DNA from: Emiliania huxleyi CCMP1516
Taxonomy: Eukaryota
Direction of reading: 5' to 3'
NCBI RefSeq assembly: GCF_000372725.1
Contig: NW_005201191.1
Location: forward strand, 31,612-81,773
Length of the DNA stretch: 50,162 bases
Position numbers and translations under genes: made by a program. The notes beneath the pieces are model-generated. The model saw nothing but the letters and a program-made list of their open reading frames with translations. It did no database searches and was not told the DNA's origin. Position 1 is the first letter of the stretch; every line of letters begins with the position of its first letter. Positions 11,845-23,706 of this stretch are shown here, in pieces.

Positions 11845-14800
11845 TCAGATCATCTTGTGGGCGCGGAGGGCTTGCGCGTGCGCGCTTCCGGCGACGCTTG
11901 CGCGGAAGTGCGCCGCCTCACCCTCGCGCAGCCCTTCGGGCGCGAGGCGCGCTTGCGGGGGCGGTGAGCTGAAGGCGACCAGCGAGAGCCGGCGCGGAAT
12001 GGCACCCGCGGACGGCGTGGCGGTATCCTCGCGGAGCTCCGCGCCCACGTCTCGCACGCGGTGCGTTGGCGCGGACACGCGCCCGTTTGAGCGGATGTGC
12101 GTCGCCCAGCCGAGCATGAGGATCGCGTCGTCCGCCGACGGCTTCACGAGGTACCACGCGCCATCACGTAGCACCTCAAGGCCCGGGACGCCGCCATCGA
12201 AAATCAGCGCCATCGTGCCGTAGTCGCGGTGCTCGGCGCATCGCAGCGGGCGTGGCGCCTCAGCACCGCAGGGCGCGCCGCCGTGCGCCATGTAGTCGGA
12301 GAGGCGGTACTTGAGCGAATGGGCCTCGGTGCGCAGCGCGGCGCAGCGCGTGACGCGCGCGAGCGCTTCGTGCAGAGTGGACAAACGGCCGTGCATGACG
12401 GCGTCCAGGAAAGCAAGCGGCTCGGCGGCGAGCGCGGCGAGCGCCGGTGGCAGCGCCTCGTGCGCGCCCAGCTCCGAGTGGCCGAAGGCATAGTCGAGCA
12501 CGCGCTTCTGGTCGGCGTTTTGGCCCGGCTGCGAGAGCCATGGCCAACGACCCTTCCACGAGAGCCCGCGCTCGAGGCGGCCGGCCTCCGACGAAACGCC
12601 GAGGCCGAGCTGCGCGTGGCGGGCGATCACGCCGTCGAAGAGCGCGCCTGTCGCCTCGTATGGCGCTCCCACGCCGGCGCCGACCAGCCGCAGCACGCCG
12701 CCGCTTTGCTCGATAGCCGCGGCGAGCTCCTCCACCGGCGCGTCACACGCCACTGCAATCGGCTCGAGCCAACGCGCGTGCTGCGCTGCTCGCTCGGTGG
12801 CTCTCTCGGCGACGGTCGCTTTCTCGGGCGAGGGAGCGGCGGCTTGGGCACGCAAGCTGGCGGCGATGGGTGGTGGCGGGTGATTGGACCAGAGCCACGC
12901 GTGATCGCCGTCTTCATCTTCGTCGAACTCGGCGAGTGCCTTCACTTTAGCCGCAACGGCGCAACGCGGCTGGCGGCGCGCGCGCGGCAGCGGCATGCGT
13001 GCCATGCTCAGCCACGCCTCCTCGCTCGCGCCCGGCCCGTGCAGGCGGAACTGCGCGGCGCACAAGGCGGAGCGCTTCACGCGATGCCACACGCTCGCAT
13101 GGTTCGCGCGCAGCAGCGGCAGCCGCGGCAGGCAGCCGAGCAGCGCGGCGAGATCGTCAAGGTAGGTGCGGTACTGACAGAGCGCTGTCAGCCGGCCGGC
13201 ATCGCGCTCGAAGAACCGCGTCTCCGCAGCGCGATCGCGTGCGATCGCGTCGATCATCGCCGCGTGGCTTGGCAGCGTGAGCTCGCCCGCAAGCAGCGCC
13301 GCCCAGTAGCGCGCCGCCAGCTCGCTCATCGGAGGCACCGCACCAAAGGCCGGCCGTGCGAAGCCCACGAAGGCGAGGGTGGCGCCAAACGCAGGGCACA
13401 GCATGTGCTTGAAGCGCGTGCGCGCGTCGCCCGCTGCGCGCGCGAGGTCGGGCATGTGGCGCTCGAAAAAGGGAAAGGAGCTCTCGTAGCCGGTGCAGCA
13501 AACGACAGCGTCGAACGCGCAGCGCGTGCCGTCGGCGAGCATCAGCTGTCCGTCGGGCAAGAGCTGTCGAACCTCGCCAACCTGCGCGGCGCCGTGGTAG
13601 CGGATGGCCTCCAGGAAGGCGAAATTCTTCGTGCCGAAGCGGCTGAACGGCAAGTTGCGGTGGCGGTGATTCCACGCCATCGCATCGCGCTCGAGCTCGT
13701 CAAAAGTGGGCGGCTGCCGCGCCGCCCCGAGCGCAGTGCGCACCAGCTCGGCCTCGCGCGGGCTGCCCTTGGCGCTCTGCAGCACTGACTTCCACAACCA
13801 GTGGTACTCCTTGGGCCCCCACGCTTCTGCCATGTTGGCGCGCGAAGTCTGCAGGTCCGCCGGCTCGTCGGCCGTCGCCCAGCGGCCAACGACTGCGCCC
13901 GGCCCGTTCGCACGGGTGCTGATGGCCACGTGTGCCGCGCCCGCCTTGGCAATCGCGAGGGAGAGGTCAGAGCCCGCCTCGCCCAAGCCCACCACCAGCA
14001 CGCGCTGCCCGGCGAAGTCGGCGGCGCGGCGGAACTGCGAGCTGTGCAGCACGCGGCACGGTCCCGCGGCGCCGGCGGTCACGTACGGCTCCGCCCACGC
14101 CGGCCACGCAGGCGCCTGGTATCAACAAATTACATCGGGCGGCGGCAGCACAACGGGGCGACAGGACAGGACACTCCTGATGTAGGCCGGAGCAGACGGC
14201 GAGTGCATCGAAGGTGTGCTGCTCGCGGTGCGCGCCGCCGCCCTCCCCGCCCACGACGACGTCGACGATCCACGCGCCGTGCTCGTCGCGTCTAGCGGCC
14301 TCGACGGTCGAGCCGCATTGGACGTGCTTGGTGAGGCCGAAGCGGCGCTCGAAGGCCTGCAGGTACTGCACGTAGTCCTCGGCAGACCAGAAAGTGGGCG
14401 ACGCCTCGCGCCCGTCCGAATGGCAGCCGAAGGCGGTGATTACCGAGGACGAAGTGAGCTGTGCGCCTTCATACGCCGTCGCGAAGGCGCCTCCGATGCG
14501 CGAGCCCTGTTCGAACGCCGTACACGCAAAGCCGCGGTCGAGACACTCTTTGAGCACGATGAGGCCACTTGGCCCGCAGCCGATGACGCCGACGCGGAGG
14601 GCGGCGGGCGCAGCAACGTCACGCGCGTGGCCTGCTGGCGCAGCGACCAAGCGCGCTGCACCTCCACTTGCTGCCTGGCGCCGCAGGACGCTCAACCCAA
14701 TCGCTTGTCGCCACACTGCCGAAGCGGCCGCCTCGTCGCCTCTCTCAAAGAGCATGTCGCCGAGCGCGCACTGCGCGTGAATACATCCCGCTTCGGCGGA

Positions 14801-14845
14801 GGTTTGGAGCTCCGCAAGCGAAGGCGCCCCCGGGAGGGCTGCCAT
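11845..14845 (-). CDS. Flavin-containing monooxygenase (FMO) fused to a C-terminal isopenicillin-N-synthase-like 2OG-Fe(II) oxygenase, with an N-terminal Sel1/TPR-like helix pair; 2 exons; start could instead be 14914
   Basis: FAD motif VGVIGCGPSG, VLHSSQF, NADPH motif VLVVGLGEAGSD, CCTGY, FVGFARPAFGAVPPMSE. Then, in the same uninterrupted ORF, RCAEHRDYGTMALIF..GLEV...THRV...RRLSLVAF (HxD...H...RxS). Intron ~14116-14176. Confidence 0.9.
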
Positions 14846-14912
14846 CGGATTCACGCTGCAACAGCCATCCTCTCGCCGGCTGCCATCATGGGTGGCTGAG
14901 AGAGCTGCCATC

Positions 14913-17777
14913 ATGATGGCTGAGAGCTCTTCCAGCCCATCGCACGCCTTTGCTGTCGGCGAGCGTGTTCACGCACGAGTGGGCGCCGAGTGGAAGATGG
15001 GCACGGTCGTTGACCTGCAGAGCAGCGAGCACGGCTCAGCTGTCACGTACGAGGTGAAGCTCGACGGCACCGCGCGAGTCGCAGACGGTGCGACTCTCTA
15101 CGTCTCCGATGACGCCAACGAGATCCGCGTGCCGTGCGAGGTGGGCTCGCCGGCCAACCCTAAGAACGCTCGTGATTCGCTCACTGACCTCCTGCAAGAG
15201 TGCACCGGGACCGGCTCGAATTACTGCGTGGGCGGCGAGTGGACCGCTGGCGTGCTACCGGAGATCACGCACCAGGAGACCGGCGAGTTCCGCTACCCGC
15301 TCAGCGCGGAGCAGGCCACCGCCTTCATCACGGCGTCGCAGCGCTCGGGCGTGGGCACCATGACGGACACTGTGATCAACCTCGAGGCGCGCAAGTCGTG
15401 GGAGGTGTGCTGCGGCCTTGCACATATACACATAATGCGCACTGCCGATACCTCTCCGCCGTTGCACATATACACATAATGCGCACTGCCGATACCTCTC
15501 CGCCGTCTCCACCGCCACCCTCGTCACGTCCACCCTCGCCGCCCCCCGCCCCCGCCATCGACACCAGCACCTCCCTCTCCTTCGCCTCTGGCGCTGCCCG
15601 CCGCCCTCGCGCGTAGCTCCTGCCGGCCGACCTCAACTTTGTCAATCACGACGAGTGGGAGGCCTCCGTCCTCCTGCCGATGCTCGCGCACATCTCGTCG
15701 AGCCTCGACCTCGACGACTGGCAGCTTGGCGCGTCGCTGTACAAGATGCTCGTGTACGAGGAGGGCTGCTTCTTCCGCCGTGCGCCGCCGCCGCCGCCTC
15801 CGCATGCCGCCCATCGTCAGACGCCCATCGTCAGATGCCTCCCACACACTCGCCGCAGGCCACAAGGACAACGTGCGCATCGACAACATGTGGGGCACGC
15901 TCGTGATTCAGCTGCCCTCCGTGTACGCGGGCGCGGCGCTGCGTGTCTACTCGCCGTCCGCGCCGCACGACACCACCACTTTCGACTTCGCCGACGCCGC
16001 CGCCGCCGCGCCGACCAGCGCGCCGGCGGCGTCTCGCAAGAGCGCACGGCTCAAGAAGCAGGCGGAGAAGGCGGCGGCGGCGGCGTGCGCGGCGTCGAGG
16101 CGGCTCAAGTTCGCAGCCTTCTACGCCGACTGCCAGCACGAGGTGGACACGCTCACCGGCGGCCTGCGCTGCGTGCTCGTGTACAACCTGACCGGTGGAT
16201 GTGGTAGGAGAGAGGTGAAGACACAGTCTGACCAGCGACTGGACACCATGCGGTGTGGTTGGACGCAAGCGAGGCGGAGAGCCGGCAACACTGGAGCGAC
16301 ACACAGACACACAGACAAGACTCTCAGCTAGTAAGGCTGCCACACACCCCGAGTGAGCGTACGGCACTACGTCACCTGACAGGAGTGCCGCTCGAGAAGA
16401 CGCTCGCCAAGAAGCGCGGCCTCAGCGAGAGCGAGTGGCGCGGCGCGCCCTCAAAGCTGTGCGCGAGCCCGCCGCAGCCGGCCGACGAGGCGCTCGTCGC
16501 CAAAATCGCACACGCGTTGCGCGCGCTCACGCGCGAGACGGATGCGCACTACCCTGACGAGACGTACACGGAGGAGGTCAACTCGTACAGCCGGGGCAAG
16601 GCGCCACCAGTCCTAGTTGCTCGGCCGTGGTGGGTGGCCGATCTTTGGGATCCAAGTTGCTCACTGCTGCTAGGCGCACGAGTTCTGGCTCAAGAGCCTC
16701 TCGGCGGACGAGCGAGCCGTCTACGAGTACTCCTTCTCGTCTACCGAGACGTACGGCGACAACCAGAAGCGTGTCAAGGCGGCCTTTGAGCAGCTGCCGC
16801 CGTCCGTCGCCACGCGCTTCCGCGCGCTCGCCACCGCGGCGTCGTTCAAGGAGGTGACCGTCAAGCACGGCAAACCGGCAAAGCTCGTTGCCGTCCTCTC
16901 GCACTTCTACACGCCGCAGACTCTCACCGGCCTGCACGCGCTCAAGGGGCGCGATCGCGTCGTCGGCGAGCTGCTCGTCGCCGCGCTCGGCTGCTCGCGC
17001 GACGTGACCGCCGTGCCGCGCCTCTCGGCGCTCGCCGCCTCCACTCTCGTCGTCGAGGACCCTCCCGACTACCAGGCGCTCGCCAAGGATTCGACGGCGA
17101 TGGCAGTGGTCGAGCGGGCCGTGCGGGAGCTCTGGCGGCCGGAAGGCGAGGCGGGCGAGGGCGAGGCGGGCGAGGGCGAGGCGGACAGTGAGGGCGGCGG
17201 GCCGCGCGTCGAGGCCTTCCTCTCGCTTGTCGTGCTGTGGGACTACGGCGAGAGCACGCCCGACCCGCCCGCCTTCACCTTTGGCCCGCTCATCCCGCTC
17301 GTGCCCGGCGCGACGGTGCCCGCGGACCTCAAGAGCGCCGTCGGCCCGAAGCTGCCAAACTTCGACGAGCGCGGCATGCGCCAGCTCTTTCAAGGCGAGG
17401 GCATCAACTGGGCGGACGACGAGTACGACGAGTACGACGAGGACCCCGAGCTGTACGAGTACGACAACTGGTGGCAGATTGGAGAGGTGCGCCCCAGCGA
17501 GCGATGCCTGAACATCCTCGCAGAGGAGCTGCTGCTCGCGGACGCGGCCGTCGCCAAGGAGCTCCGACGCGGACAGGACGACTCCTACCGCGAGCAGGCG
17601 CTCGTGACGGAGGGCGACCCGCAGCGCGTCGAGTTTCTCGGCAACGGCTGCCCATACCCAGGCCAGTGCTACGCACGTGCCGCCATCCTCTTCTGGCCCA
17701 CCGAGGGGCGCAACGAGGTCCTCCGCCAGTCGCCCGCGGGGGGAAAGATGCTTGACGCCGCGGGCGCAACCCACTGA
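14913..17777 (+). CDS. 2OG-Fe(II) oxygenase-family protein with an N-terminal Tudor/SH3-like beta-barrel; about 5 exons
   Basis: Spliced LYKMLVYEEGCFFRRHKD..MWGTLVIQLPS..., FAAFYADCQHEV...GLRCVLVYNL and LSHFYT...LKGRDR. Introns at 15405-15616, ~15780-15858, ~16195-16382 and ~16601-16673. N-terminus FAVGERVHARVGAEWKMGTVV...YEVKLD. Confidence 0.85.
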
Positions 17778-18134
17778 AAGGACGCCACTCATTCTGACGA
17801 GCGGAGGACTCGCCTCTCACCGCTGCACAGCAGGGCGGAGAGGATGGCGAGCAGCTCGGCCTCGGGAGCCTGCACGGACCAAGAGGGAGTGAGGAGCAGC
17901 CCGCATGCTGTATCGGCAGGACGTGCGCCTCGGCGCTCCCGCTCGCAGTACCCCGTGAGAATGAGAGGCGCCCTGGGGGGGCACGTGGAGTGTGTTGGAC
18001 CGCCGGTTACATTCTTCATGAGCTCTTGTGTCGCGCCGTTTTGAAATGGTCTCTTCGTCTGTCCCGTGTCCGTCCGCGCTCTCAACATGCAGATGCACAG
18101 CCCCGACCGCCGACGCCACCGTTTCTCTTCTGTA

Positions 18135-18251
18135 CGGAGCTAAGTGCCCCGCCGTCCTCGCAGGAGTCGCTTAGGCGGCTCCCGTGGTGTACCTGTGTTA
18201 GTGCCAGTGCGCGCCAGTCCCGTGCCCAGTGTTGTGCTGGCCTTCGTAAAA
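18135..18251 (+). repeat. Dispersed ~100-bp intergenic repeat (CGGAGCTAAGTGC...GGAGTCGCTTAGGCGGCTCC...TTAGTGCCAGTGCGCGCCAGTCC)
   Basis: Related copies at 48671-48768, 32218-32275 and 30001-30030. Confidence 0.7.
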
Positions 18252-18689
18252 TTCTTCTACCAACTTCTAGTCCGCGCCCTGTTTTTCTTCATTTGCTGCC
18301 AACCAGGGTTCCGACTTTGTAGGGTAGCATCGCGGGATTTGGGGTAGGGGGGTAGGGGGGTAGGGGGTCTGGGAGGCCGGCGGCTCTGCCGCCGCAGGGG
18401 TAGGGGGGTGTAAGCCCCCCCCCCCCCCCCCCACGCCCCCAGGGCCCAGCCATTTCCCGCCTCCACGGTTGACGGTAAGACGTAAGACCGTCGTAAAAGA
18501 GAGACAGCCGTATTGTCCGCTGCATGAGACGCGGGCGGCGGGCGCGCGGAGGGGCAGCGTGAGGTGCACAGGGCTCCGCGCAGAGAGAGATGTTTAGCAA
18601 ACCGTAAAGAGAGGGGACAGGTGGCAAACAAAGATCCGTTAGCGGGAGATCGGCGGGAGCGAGGAGGAGGAGGGCCTCGGCGCTCGGGC

Positions 18690-18968
18690 GCGACCGAGGT
18701 GCTGTCGGCTGGCAGCTCTGGCTCGCCTTCTGACAACAAGTATATCGCATCGAGCACTTTGTTGGTCCAGCTTTCAGTGTGCATGCCTGCGCTTGAGCTC
18801 GGAGAGGTCATCGGAACAGGCCTCGCCCTCATCCTGACGCTAATCTTCGCGATGCCCTCCGTTCCGCATCGAGCGATCGAGGTGCTGCGCTACAAATGGC
18901 TGGTGGGCAAGGTGAAGCACAGCCTGCACCCGTTTGTGGGCGAGTTTGGGCGAGCGGATTCTTCGTAG
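18690..18968 (+). CDS. Possible orphan terminal exon with one hydrophobic segment
   Basis: VIGTGLALILTLIFAMP reads like a TM helix; no convincing start or upstream exons. Confidence 0.2.
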   Translation, partial: ATEVLSAGSSGSPSDNKYIASSTLLVQLSVCMPALELGEVIGTGLALILTLIFAMPSVPHRAIEVLRYKWLVGKVKHSLHPFVGEFGRADSS

Positions 18969-19074
18969 ACTTCTTTTTTGTTTGCCTGTGTTCGATAGAG
19001 AAATGTTGCGTATTATTGCGGGCCCTCTGCTAAAACGTACGGAAACAGCACATTCTTACTGACAATCTATCAGA

Positions 19075-22000
19075 TCACTTGGCGACAGTGATCGTAGACT
19101 TAGCTCCTTTAGCCTCCCTCGCCGACTGCTCAGAGCCGACGTGGCCGTCGTCGTCGAGATCGAGCCCTGTCAGCTTCTCGGTCAGGTTGAGCGCGTCGCT
19201 GAGGATCCCGCCGACTCCTCCTCCGCCTGAGCCGCACGCTGCGTCGATCCTTTCGAGGATCAGGCGGTACGACACGTCGGCATGCGGGCCGCCGTGCAGC
19301 GGGGTCGCGATCGGGCGGTAGATGCCCGCCTCACGCAGCGCGGCGGGCGTCGCCGCGATGATGTCGTCGAAGGTGGCGGCGCCCGCATCGCCGTCGCGCC
19401 GCTCGTGGACCAACACGAACGGCCGGTCGCCCTCCAACGCCTCATGCACCTACTCACAGCAGCGGCGTGAGGAGACGCCGTTCGCAGCAGCGGCCAGTCT
19501 CGCCCTCCCAACCGCCTCACCTCGCGGCCGAGCGCCTCCGCCCGCTCCCCCGCCGCAAAGGTGGCGCCGTTCAGGTACAGCAGAAAGGCGCACGCCGCAC
19601 GCGCCTGGGCCGGGTCGTCCGTGCTGCGCAGCTGCTGGCCACTGGCCTCGGCGATCCCAGCCGCCACCGCAGCCGCGCCGGCGTTGTCCCGCGAGAAGTA
19701 GACGTGAAGGCTCCTCTTGGTCGCGAGCGGCGGCGGCGGCGAGCGGAGGAGGTCGCCCGGGAGGAAGATGGGCTGGTCTGCGCCGGCCGCCTTCCACGCG
19801 CGAAGCAGCTCGACGATCAGCAGCTTCATCGAGCACATCTGGAAGGGGCGCAGCCGGTGCCACGTCACCAGCGGCGCCGCGAAGACATGCTCGCGCAGCT
19901 CGTCGGGGCACTCGGCACGGTGGACGTCGAGCGGCACTCCGCCGTGCGACGGGTCCGTCTCCAGCAGCAGAATCAGCGGCCTCTTCCGCTCCACCTATCC
20001 ACAGCCCTCTGTTCTCGGCGCTCCGCGCTCTTCTCAGCGCGAGCGGCCTCTCTGCTGAACCGCGGCGCGCAGCTCGCGCAAGCAGTTGTGGGAACGCATG
20101 TAGTCGGAGGCGGGTGCGCCTGTTCACAGCTAGAGGTGTGAAGAGACGCTGTTCACGGGAGGGAGCGCATGTAGTCGGAGGCGGGTGCGCCGTCGGCGAC
20201 GGCGGTCGAGCCCGTCAGCAGCACGATCACGGCCTCCGAGTTGCCAATGTGCTCCTCCAGCCGCGCGGTGTCGTCCAAGTTGTCGACATCAAGGAAGGGC
20301 GAGATGTTTTGCACGTACCTGGAGATTTGGGGAGATATGGGAAAAATATGGGGAGATCACAATGTTTTGCACGTACCTGGCCGCAATACGCAGCCGTCAT
20401 GGCGGTGCCGTGGACGTGTCGAGAGGGGGGGGGGAGGTGACAGGCGATGGACGCCATGGGCTTGTCGAGACGGCGGAGGGCGGTGGGCGGTGGGGAGGAG
20501 CGAGTGTCTCGGAGCTTCGCGGCACACCGCTGCAGCTCGAGATATGGGGGAGATATGGGGAGGTATGGGGAGATATGAGCTGTCGCGGCACACCGCTGCA
20601 GCTGCCCCTTGAGCGCCTTTGCCTGGTCCTGCCCGCTCGACCACACGTGGGAGAGGAAGACGTGGTACCTGTGCACGTCACCTGTTCACAGCTAGAGGTG
20701 TGAAGAGACGCTGTTCACGGGGGAGAGGAAGACATGGTACCTGTGCACCGCGGTCAGTCTGTGACGCGCTGGGGCGTGGCCGAGCGAGAGGCAGCTGGTG
20801 AGCACCGCCCATCCGGCAGCCCCATAGCAGAGATGACCCGCGCCTACCCACGAGAGACACAGCAGCGAGGGTCAGCCCCGAGCGGCGACCCGCATACACG
20901 CCTTGCGGCCGACCCGCATCGCCCGCGCGCCTTGTTGTCCCTCGGCCTCGGCTTCGCGCGCGTGACTCGGCGCGAGACAGAGCGGTGCAGCGTCCCGCCC
21001 CTGCGGCGAGGGCGGCGGCGGCGAGGGTGGAGACGAGGGCGGCGGCGGCGAGGGCGGCGGCGACGGGGGGGGGGGGTGGCTGGAGGCGAGGGCGAGAGCG
21101 GCGGCATGCCGGACGGCGGCGGGGGCGAGGGCGGCGCGGCGGGCGCCTCGACAGGAGGCTCCGGCTGCTAGCCGACTCCAGCGCGGGCTCCCAGCGTGCA
21201 AAGTCGCGCTCCGCGTCCCTACGGTCCGGAGTCGGGGCTCGAGGGGCGGGGCCGCACTCGAGCAGCGCCCGGCATGCGCTCCGCTGTCGGCCTGATGATG
21301 CCCTTGAGGTGCCTCCGCCGCCGCCGCAACCGCACGTAGACCAAGCAGGCGCAGAGGCAGAACGCAATCAGCCCGGACGCCAGCGCCGCGATGACTTTGA
21401 CCTTGACACGATCCCACGCAGACGATTCTTCGACCGCCTCGCACAAGTCGCCGCTCCGCCCCGGCAGACAGGAGCAGCGGCCTGAGATATGGGGAGATAT
21501 GGGGAGATCACCGTCGACAAATACCTCGGCGGTCTCTCGGCTGCATCCCGGCTGTACCTCGGCAAGCTGGAGATCACGTCTCCCCCGGTGCAGAGGCGTG
21601 CTCGAGATATGGGGAGATCTGGGGAGATCTGGGGAGGTATGGGGAGATCTGGGGAGGTACGGGGAGATATGGGGAGGTCACCGTCGGCTCGGCAGGTTCC
21701 GTTGCCAGCAGTGCAGTTGCCCTCGTTGGCGCACTTGCGCAGCTTCCACCGCGGCGTGGGGAAGGAGACGTTCTCCTGCTCCTTTGCGTCGAAGACAACC
21801 TGAAGAGGCGTGCTCGAGAGATGGGGAGATGCGGGGAGAGAGGGGGAGAGTGCTCCTTTTTGCGTCGAAAGCAACCTAAAGAGAGAACGGGAGGGGTGCG
21901 GCTCCGCGCGCCGCGCGTTCACAGTCGGGCGATGCGCGGTGGTACAACACCTCGTAGCGTAGCCCGAGCGACGCCGCGCCGGGCGGGTACTGCACGACAG

Positions 22001-22377
22001 GGAAGTCCATCCCCTCCATCTGCCCGTCGGCGTTGAAGGAGATGCTGCTGGTGAAGAACTCGACGAGCGACGTGCTGCGGAGCGCGCTCGCCACGGCGGC
22101 CGTCTCGAGCGAGCCCGCCCGCTCGATGGCGTCGCCCAAGGCGCAGAGCGCCTATCATTGACGTGGCATTCCCATCCTCACCGCAATGCCGTTGTTGCTC
22201 GATGGCGGCGCCCAAGGCGCAGAGGGCCGCGAAAGTCGCGGCCCCGATGTAGTCGACCTTGGCCGGGTACTCTGTGCGGCCGCCGAACGCGCTCAAGAAC
22301 TCCGCCGCGTATGTCGAGCTGTTCCAGCCGGAGAAGCGGCCGACCTCGCTCGGCATCGACGCGTCCCACGGCACCGC
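19075..22377 (-). CDS. Receptor-like membrane protein: periplasmic-binding-protein type 1-like ectodomain end, EGF-like domain, TM helix, TIR domain, second TIR-like domain; 5' part lies in or beyond the gap
   Basis: DYIGAATFAALCALGDAIERAGSLETAAVASALR...FFTSSISFNADGQ...VVQY; CANEGNCTAGNGTCRADGRCSCLPGRSGDLCE; VIAALASGLIAFCLCACLVYV-RLRRRRR; YHVFLSHVWSSGQDQAKALKGQL...FLDVDNLDD...YMRSHNCLRELRAA...LILLLE; FLLYLNGATF...PFVLVHE. Exon structure between ~20800 and ~21280 is unresolved. Confidence 0.8.
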
Positions 22378-22504
22378 CTGCAGTGCCGGGGAGCGAGGGC
22401 GCCGGTGCACGTGGGCGAGCGGTGTGAGTGAGCGGTGTGTGAGCGTGCGTGCGTGTGCGTGTGTGGTGCGTGGTGCGTGGTGCGTGGTGGAGGGGGAGGG
22501 GGAG

Positions 22505-22562
22505 CCAGAGGGGGAGAGAGAGAGGGAGAGAGAGAGGAGGGGGAGGGGGAGACAGAGGGAGA

Positions 22563-22649
<87 letters not shown>

Positions 22650-22800
22650 AGAGAGAGAGAGAGGGACAGAGAGAGTGAGAGGGAGAGGGTGAGGCAGATC
22701 CAGAGGGTGAGGCAGAGTGATAGGGAGAGTGAGAGACAGAGAGAGAGTGAGAGACAGAGGCAGAGACACAGGGAGATAAAGAGGGAGAGAGAGAGAGATA
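22505..22800. repeat. (GA)n microsatellite-rich intron sequence next to an assembly gap
   Basis: Long pure GA run at ~22568-22642 plus degenerate flanks. Confidence 0.95.
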
Positions 22801-23706
22801 GAGTCTGTCTCGAGCGGATACTCTCTTTGCCACCAGCCGCCCCTCATCTTGCGNNNNNNNNNNNNNNNNNNNNNNNNNNNNNNNNNNNNNNNNNNNNNNN
22901 NNNNNNNNNNNNNNNNNNNNNNNNNNNNNNNNNNNNNNNNNNNNNNNNNNNNNNNNNNNNNNNNNNNNNNNNNNNNNNNNNNNNNNNNNNNNNNNNNNNN
23001 NNNNNNNNNNNNNNNNNNNNNNNNNNNNNNNNNNNNNNNNNNNNNNNNNNNNNNNNNNNNNNNNNNNNNNNNNNNNNNNNNNNNNNNNNNNNNNNNNNNN
23101 NNNNNNNNNNNNNNNNNNNNNNNNNNNNNNNNNNNNNNNNNNNNNNNNNNNNNNNNNNNNNNNNNNNNNNNNNNNNNNNNNNNNNNNNNNNNNNNNNNNN
23201 NNNNNNNNNNNNNNNNNNNNNNNNNNNNNNNNNNNNNNNNNNNNNNNNNNNNNNNNNNNNNNNNNNNNNNNNNNNNNNNNNNNNNNNNNNNNNNNNNNNN
23301 NNNNNNNNNNNNNNNNNNNNNNNNNNNNNNNNNNNNNNNNNNNNNNNNNNNNNNNNNNNNNNNNNNNNNNNNNNNNNNNNNNNNNNNNNNNNNNNCGAGC
23401 CGCGGCGACGTCCGCACTAACGGATAACGGCCATTGGCGGTTCACACACACACACACTTAGGGAGGGTTTACCTTCCGTGAAACGATTTTTGAGGTGTGA
23501 ATACACCCCCTAGACGCGACGCCCCCCGAACCAACGGGCCAGACCCTTCCAGAGGGTGCCCCAGGGACGCCCAAAACCGCCCACAGCAGCCCCACAACCC
23601 TTAAACAGTACTCGGCACAACCACTCAAAGTTGGCCTCCCCCGGAGGTGAGTTTCACATTAGGGGCACCCTCCGGCAGGCCGCCCTGAGCCCCCTAGGCG
23701 GCATAC

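Noticed and set aside
18341..18432. G-run and C-run tract with G-quadruplex potential
   Set aside because: Such tracts are frequent throughout this GC-rich window; nothing specific supports a function.
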